NCBI GenBank assembly: GCA_031418035.1
Contig: JANOWU010000306.1
Span: forward strand, 1-59,494
From: Acidimicrobiia bacterium
GTDB taxonomy: Bacteria > Actinomycetota > Acidimicrobiia > Acidimicrobiales > JANYDT01
DNA: 59,494 nucleotides
Direction of reading: 5' to 3'
The notes below the pieces were generated by a model. It saw nothing but the letters and a program-made list of their open reading frames with translations, had not been told where the DNA came from and did not search any database. A program made the translations under genes and the position numbers. Of this stretch, positions 55,731 to 59,494 are shown piece by piece (the first letter of the stretch is position 1; each line of letters starts with the position of its first letter).

Positions 55731-56978
55731 TCATGTGCCTGCTCGAAGAGCATCGACGGGAACGAGCCGACCTGCACGCAGCGCCGGGTAGGACCCCGAG
55801 ATAAGACCCGTGGCAGCACCGAGGATTGGCGCGAAGAGGGGAACCAGCGGGTCGTGTACGGGTGTCCAGGACTGCAGTGCGGAAACGGCCACAACGACAA
55901 GTGTGCCGCAGCTCGCGCCGATGATGCCGCCAACGAAGCCGAGCGTGGTGCTTTCGGCGAGAAACTGTGCGGTGATGTGCGAGCGCGTTGCGCCCAACGC
56001 ACGCCGCAATCCGATCTCGCCGGTTCGTTCCATGACCGACACGAGCGTAACGTTCGCGATCCCGATGCTTCCCACGAGCAACGACACCGCGCCAAGGATG
56101 AGGAACAGAAGGTTGAGGTCGCTGTTCACGCCGTCTCGGACCCGTTGCGGCTCCGGTGGGGCTTGAACGCGGAGGGCTCGGGGATTGTCGGGCCGCAACG
56201 CAATCGGGATCTGTCGGTTGAGCAGTGGTGCGGCGCCGATCTCGCAGTCCACGACGACGAACCCGGGGTGGTTGAGGCGATACAGCGGTGCTGCGGTGCC
56301 TTCAGGGATGATGACGGCGCCAAGGAGGTCGGGTTGCCGCGCGACCGTTTCCAGGATCGCAATGACGAGGTAGACATCGTCGCCGATCGTGATCGCCGGC
56401 TGCAGATCAAGGCGGTTGATGCGCAGACGCCGGGCCGCGTTCGGACCGAGCACGGCGACACGGTCGCCACGAATCGAATGCCCTTGATCGAACAGTCGGC
56501 CGACTCGCAGGTCGGCGCGCACCGCAGCGAAGGCGCCGGGTGAGGCCGCGGTCACCGTGAGCTTGAACCTGGTCGGATTGGTGGGGTCGCTACGCGGAGA
56601 GGCAGCGACGAGTCGCGTGCCGACGTCGAGAACGCTGAGGTTTCCGGCGGCCGCGACGCCGTTGAGGCGGCCGAGGCGACTGGGTGCGTCCCAGGGTATC
56701 GCGCTGACTGCAGACCCGGCCGTGGTTGCTCCGACACGCGGTCGTACGACGATCTCCGTGGCGGCAAGTGCATCGAATCGCCCCACAATTTGGTTGCCGG
56801 CCGTACGTGACAGACCAAGGGTGGCCACGAGCGCGCCGAGACCGATCACCGTACCTGCCATGGTGAGTGCCATTCGTCCGGGGCGGCTGAACAACCCGGC
56901 GAACGCCTCGCTTCCCAAATCGCGCGCCCGCATACGCGAAAACTCCGAAGGCGGGGTTCGCTCCGATCGTTGTCTCAT
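55731..56978 (-). CDS. MacB/FtsX-type ABC transporter permease
   Basis: LLVGSIGIANVTLVSVMERTGEIGLRRALGA motif. Confidence 0.93.
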   Translation of the reverse strand: MRQRSERTPPSEFSRMRARDLGSEAFAGLFSRPGRMALTMAGTVIGLGALVATLGLSRTAGNQIVGRFDALAATEIVVRPRVGATTAGSAVSAIPWDAPSRLGRLNGVAAAGNLSVLDVGTRLVAASPRSDPTNPTRFKLTVTAASPGAFAAVRADLRVGRLFDQGHSIRGDRVAVLGPNAARRLRINRLDLQPAITIGDDVYLVIAILETVARQPDLLGAVIIPEGTAAPLYRLNHPGFVVVDCEIGAAPLLNRQIPIALRPDNPRALRVQAPPEPQRVRDGVNSDLNLLFLILGAVSLLVGSIGIANVTLVSVMERTGEIGLRRALGATRSHITAQFLAESTTLGFVGGIIGASCGTLVVVAVSALQSWTPVHDPLVPLFAPILGAATGLISGSYPALRAGRLVPVDALRAGT

Positions 56979-57670
56979 TGGCCTGATCGAGCAATCATCT
57001 GTTCGCGTAGTTGTCCGTCGGTGATGGTGAGAACGCGCTGCGCTCGCGCCGCCACCTGATGATCGTGCGTGATCATCACGATCGTCATGGCATCACGATG
57101 GAGTTCCTCGAGCAGCCCGAGCACACTCTCGGTTGTCGCCGAGTCGAGGTTTCCCGTCGGCTCGTCACACAGGAGGAGACCCGGCTCACCCAGCAGTGCG
57201 CGAGCGATCGCGACTCGCTGTCGTTCACCGCCCGACAGTTGCGTGGGCAGATAGTCGCAACGGTGTGCCATCCCGACGCGTGTAAGGGCGGCGAGCGCTC
57301 GATCTCGTCGGTCCCCGACCGCGCCGTGACGGTACACGTCGGCGAGCATGACGTTCTCGGCGACACTTCGGTATGCAAGCAGATGAAAGGCTTGGAACAC
57401 GAACCCGACTCGCCGACTCCGCACACCGGCGCGACGTCGATCCGACATCGCTGCAACGTCGTCGCCTTCGAACCAGTACGACCCTGTCGTCGCGGTGTCG
57501 AGAAGTCCGATGATGTGCAGCAGCGTCGATTTTCCCGAGCCCGAAGGGCCGTTGATCGCAACCCATTCACCGGCGCGTATCGACACGTTCACATCATGGA
57601 GTGCCACCACCGGAACGCCCGTACCAAAACGCTTTTCGAGCGCTTCGATCCGGATCACCTCAGCACTCAT
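56975..57670 (-). CDS. LolD/MacB-type ABC transporter ATP-binding protein
   Basis: GPSGSGKS, GFVFQAFHL, LSGGERQR and CDEPTGNLD motifs. Confidence 0.96.
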   Translation of the reverse strand: MSAEVIRIEALEKRFGTGVPVVALHDVNVSIRAGEWVAINGPSGSGKSTLLHIIGLLDTATTGSYWFEGDDVAAMSDRRRAGVRSRRVGFVFQAFHLLAYRSVAENVMLADVYRHGAVGDRRDRALAALTRVGMAHRCDYLPTQLSGGERQRVAIARALLGEPGLLLCDEPTGNLDSATTESVLGLLEELHRDAMTIVMITHDHQVAARAQRVLTITDGQLREQMIARSGQ

Positions 57671-59493
57671 CGACCCGGCCCGATGTCCGCCGAAGGTCGC
57701 AACACCCGCACGCGATTGGTGTTGTTGGGGCCCGAACCACTCGTGGCGCTCGCCGTGCTCGACGCTGAAGTTTCCGCGGAGCCGGACGCGTTTTCGAAAC
57801 CAACCATGACGAGATCACCGGCTCGCAACGCCGAGTCGTTCCGAGTGTCGATAGGCGTGATCGCAACGTACCCACCCGCGGCGAGCCCCGGTCGAACCGC
57901 AACCGATTCCAACACCGTGCCACGTTGGCGTTGCACACGCGAACTGCCATCGGGAGAAAGGCTCAGCGCACTCACCGGTACGGCAAGCACACGGTTCCCC
58001 GTCGATCGGACGGGAATGTTCAGGCGCACGGACGCACCCACCAGCACCGCGGGCGGATCCGCGACGTCGAGTTCGAAGTACACATGGAAACCGTCGACCC
58101 CATTCGTCCCGGGACCGCTGGCGACAGACGTGACCAAACCCACCGCGGAGATCCCGAGGTCGGGCTCCGTTATCTTGACGGTCATGCCAGGGCGCACGAG
58201 CGATGCGTCCTTCACCGGGAGTCCACCATCGACGCGAACGCGAGTGTCGGTCACGAGCATCAACGCACCAGACTTGGCGTCGCCGGGACCAACAACAAGC
58301 TTTGCGACCCGCACCGGTGACTCGGCAACGAACACGACCTCGTCGGCCGGAACCTGTACACCGGCACGACGATTCGAGTCATCCAGAGCCCTCGACGCAG
58401 TAGCCGTCATGGCGGAACGCAACTGCCTCGCCCGCTCCGAGTTCACAACCGCTTGTTCGGCGAACGTGACGCCTCCTCGTTTGGTAGCCACATCGCGCAT
58501 GGCTTCCGTGGTCGCAGTCTTTGCCTCCGCGCGGAGTCGTTCGCCCTGGCGATCCGCAGCGTCTCTCGCGGCAATCGCAACGATCAGTTCGCGCTCGGCT
58601 GCAGCGACCTCTGATAACGACGCCCCAAGTGCTGCGGGTGGTAAGGCCAGCGCGTCGAGGGCGGCCAGCTTTGCTGCGACGTCGCGTTCGGCAGCTGCGT
58701 CGGCTGCCGCAGCCTGAGCTCGTGTCCTGTCGGCCAGATCGGGTGAGCTGACGAGCACCACTCGAGCATCAGCGATCGCTTGCTCGCCGACGGTTCTCAC
58801 GTTCTCGGCGTTGGCTCGTGCGGTTGCGAGGTCGGCTTCTGCCGCGCTGATCTTGGCTTGGAGGCCGGCCACGTCGATCACTTGACCGTCAACCGAGGGC
58901 AGCGGCATTCGGGCCGACACGAGCGCCGCTTGTTTGGCCGCGATGTCGCTCTGTGCGACGGCGTTGGCCGCGATGGCGGCGCGCTCGGCCGCAGCGAGGC
59001 GTTCGGGTGCGCGATCTCGCACGAGGTCGGCGTCGGTCACCGCTCGCGCTCCGGCCGCACGGGTGGCGGCCTGGTTGGACCGGGCCGCGGCGAGGTCCGC
59101 CTCTGCGACGGCGATCTGCGCTGGCGACGCGGGCCGCGGCGCCATCGGGGTGCGTACAGCGTCCAACATGGCCCCACGAGCCAACACATCGCGCTCCGCT
59201 GCCGCCAATGCAGCATCGGTCTCAGTTCGCACCCGCGATAACGACGCTTCCAGCGTGTTCGCCCTTTCCACTGCTGTATGCAGCGCGGCACGAGCGGAGA
59301 CCGACAAGCCCCGAGCCAAGGCCAGCGAGTCCGCGGCCATGATCGCGTCGATGCGCGCCGTATCAAGGGCGGCCTCACGCGTGCGAATGGCCGCGATCTG
59401 TTCGGCGGTCGACGTTGTCGGGTTGAACCCTTTCGACCGATACCAGTCCGCCACCGCCGCCTCCGTCACGGAATCAAACACGCCGTCCACGGC
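57667..59493 (-). CDS. Membrane-fusion-protein-like adaptor with long Ala-rich coiled coil and probable peptidoglycan-binding domain (5' partial)
   Basis: DGVFDSVTEAAV..WY (end of a PG-binding-1-like domain), long coiled coil, and VLAVPVSAL...V.PGL..GYVAI. Directly upstream of the ABC ATPase. Confidence 0.75.
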   Translation of the reverse strand, partial: AVDGVFDSVTEAAVADWYRSKGFNPTTSTAEQIAAIRTREAALDTARIDAIMAADSLALARGLSVSARAALHTAVERANTLEASLSRVRTETDAALAAAERDVLARGAMLDAVRTPMAPRPASPAQIAVAEADLAAARSNQAATRAAGARAVTDADLVRDRAPERLAAAERAAIAANAVAQSDIAAKQAALVSARMPLPSVDGQVIDVAGLQAKISAAEADLATARANAENVRTVGEQAIADARVVLVSSPDLADRTRAQAAAADAAAERDVAAKLAALDALALPPAALGASLSEVAAAERELIVAIAARDAADRQGERLRAEAKTATTEAMRDVATKRGGVTFAEQAVVNSERARQLRSAMTATASRALDDSNRRAGVQVPADEVVFVAESPVRVAKLVVGPGDAKSGALMLVTDTRVRVDGGLPVKDASLVRPGMTVKITEPDLGISAVGLVTSVASGPGTNGVDGFHVYFELDVADPPAVLVGASVRLNIPVRSTGNRVLAVPVSALSLSPDGSSRVQRQRGTVLESVAVRPGLAAGGYVAITPIDTRNDSALRAGDLVMVGFENASGSAETSASSTASATSGSGPNNTNRVRVLRPSADIGPGR

Positions 59494-59494
59494 G

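Overview
High-GC actinobacterial chromosome segment. Gene content and order suggest Acidimicrobiia, but this is inference. The backbone is the conserved actinobacterial minus-strand run alaS-ruvX-mltG-aroE-prepilin peptidase-aroC-aroK ... aroB-aroQ-pepQ-efp-nusB ... metK-priA, interrupted by accessory blocks. The most striking is a ~13 kb block between aroK and aroB with two convergent envelope operons. The first is a translationally coupled mauE-mauD-[Tat-exported 12-Cys MauA-like domain fused to cell-wall-binding repeats]-mauF-like operon. Its mauF-like gene has an in-frame TGA at the W-S-P-[C]-G position followed by a hairpin (candidate selenocysteine), and no mauB or mauG is present in the window. 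The second encodes alpha-2-macroglobulin, PBP1c and a secreted amidase. The window also holds at least three small palindromic repeat/MITE families: one flanks a DUF559 nuclease gene and also sits in-frame in a coding gene, and another splits a putative Cys-His-Asp enzyme. Two GNAT fusion proteins and a structured metK leader are present. From 43.8 kb onward lies a decaying accessory region with truncated or frameshifted genes and a 2 kb module bounded by a 51-bp direct repeat. I found no rRNA, tRNA, CRISPR array, integrase or transposase. All product calls come from motif recognition by eye; no database search was run.
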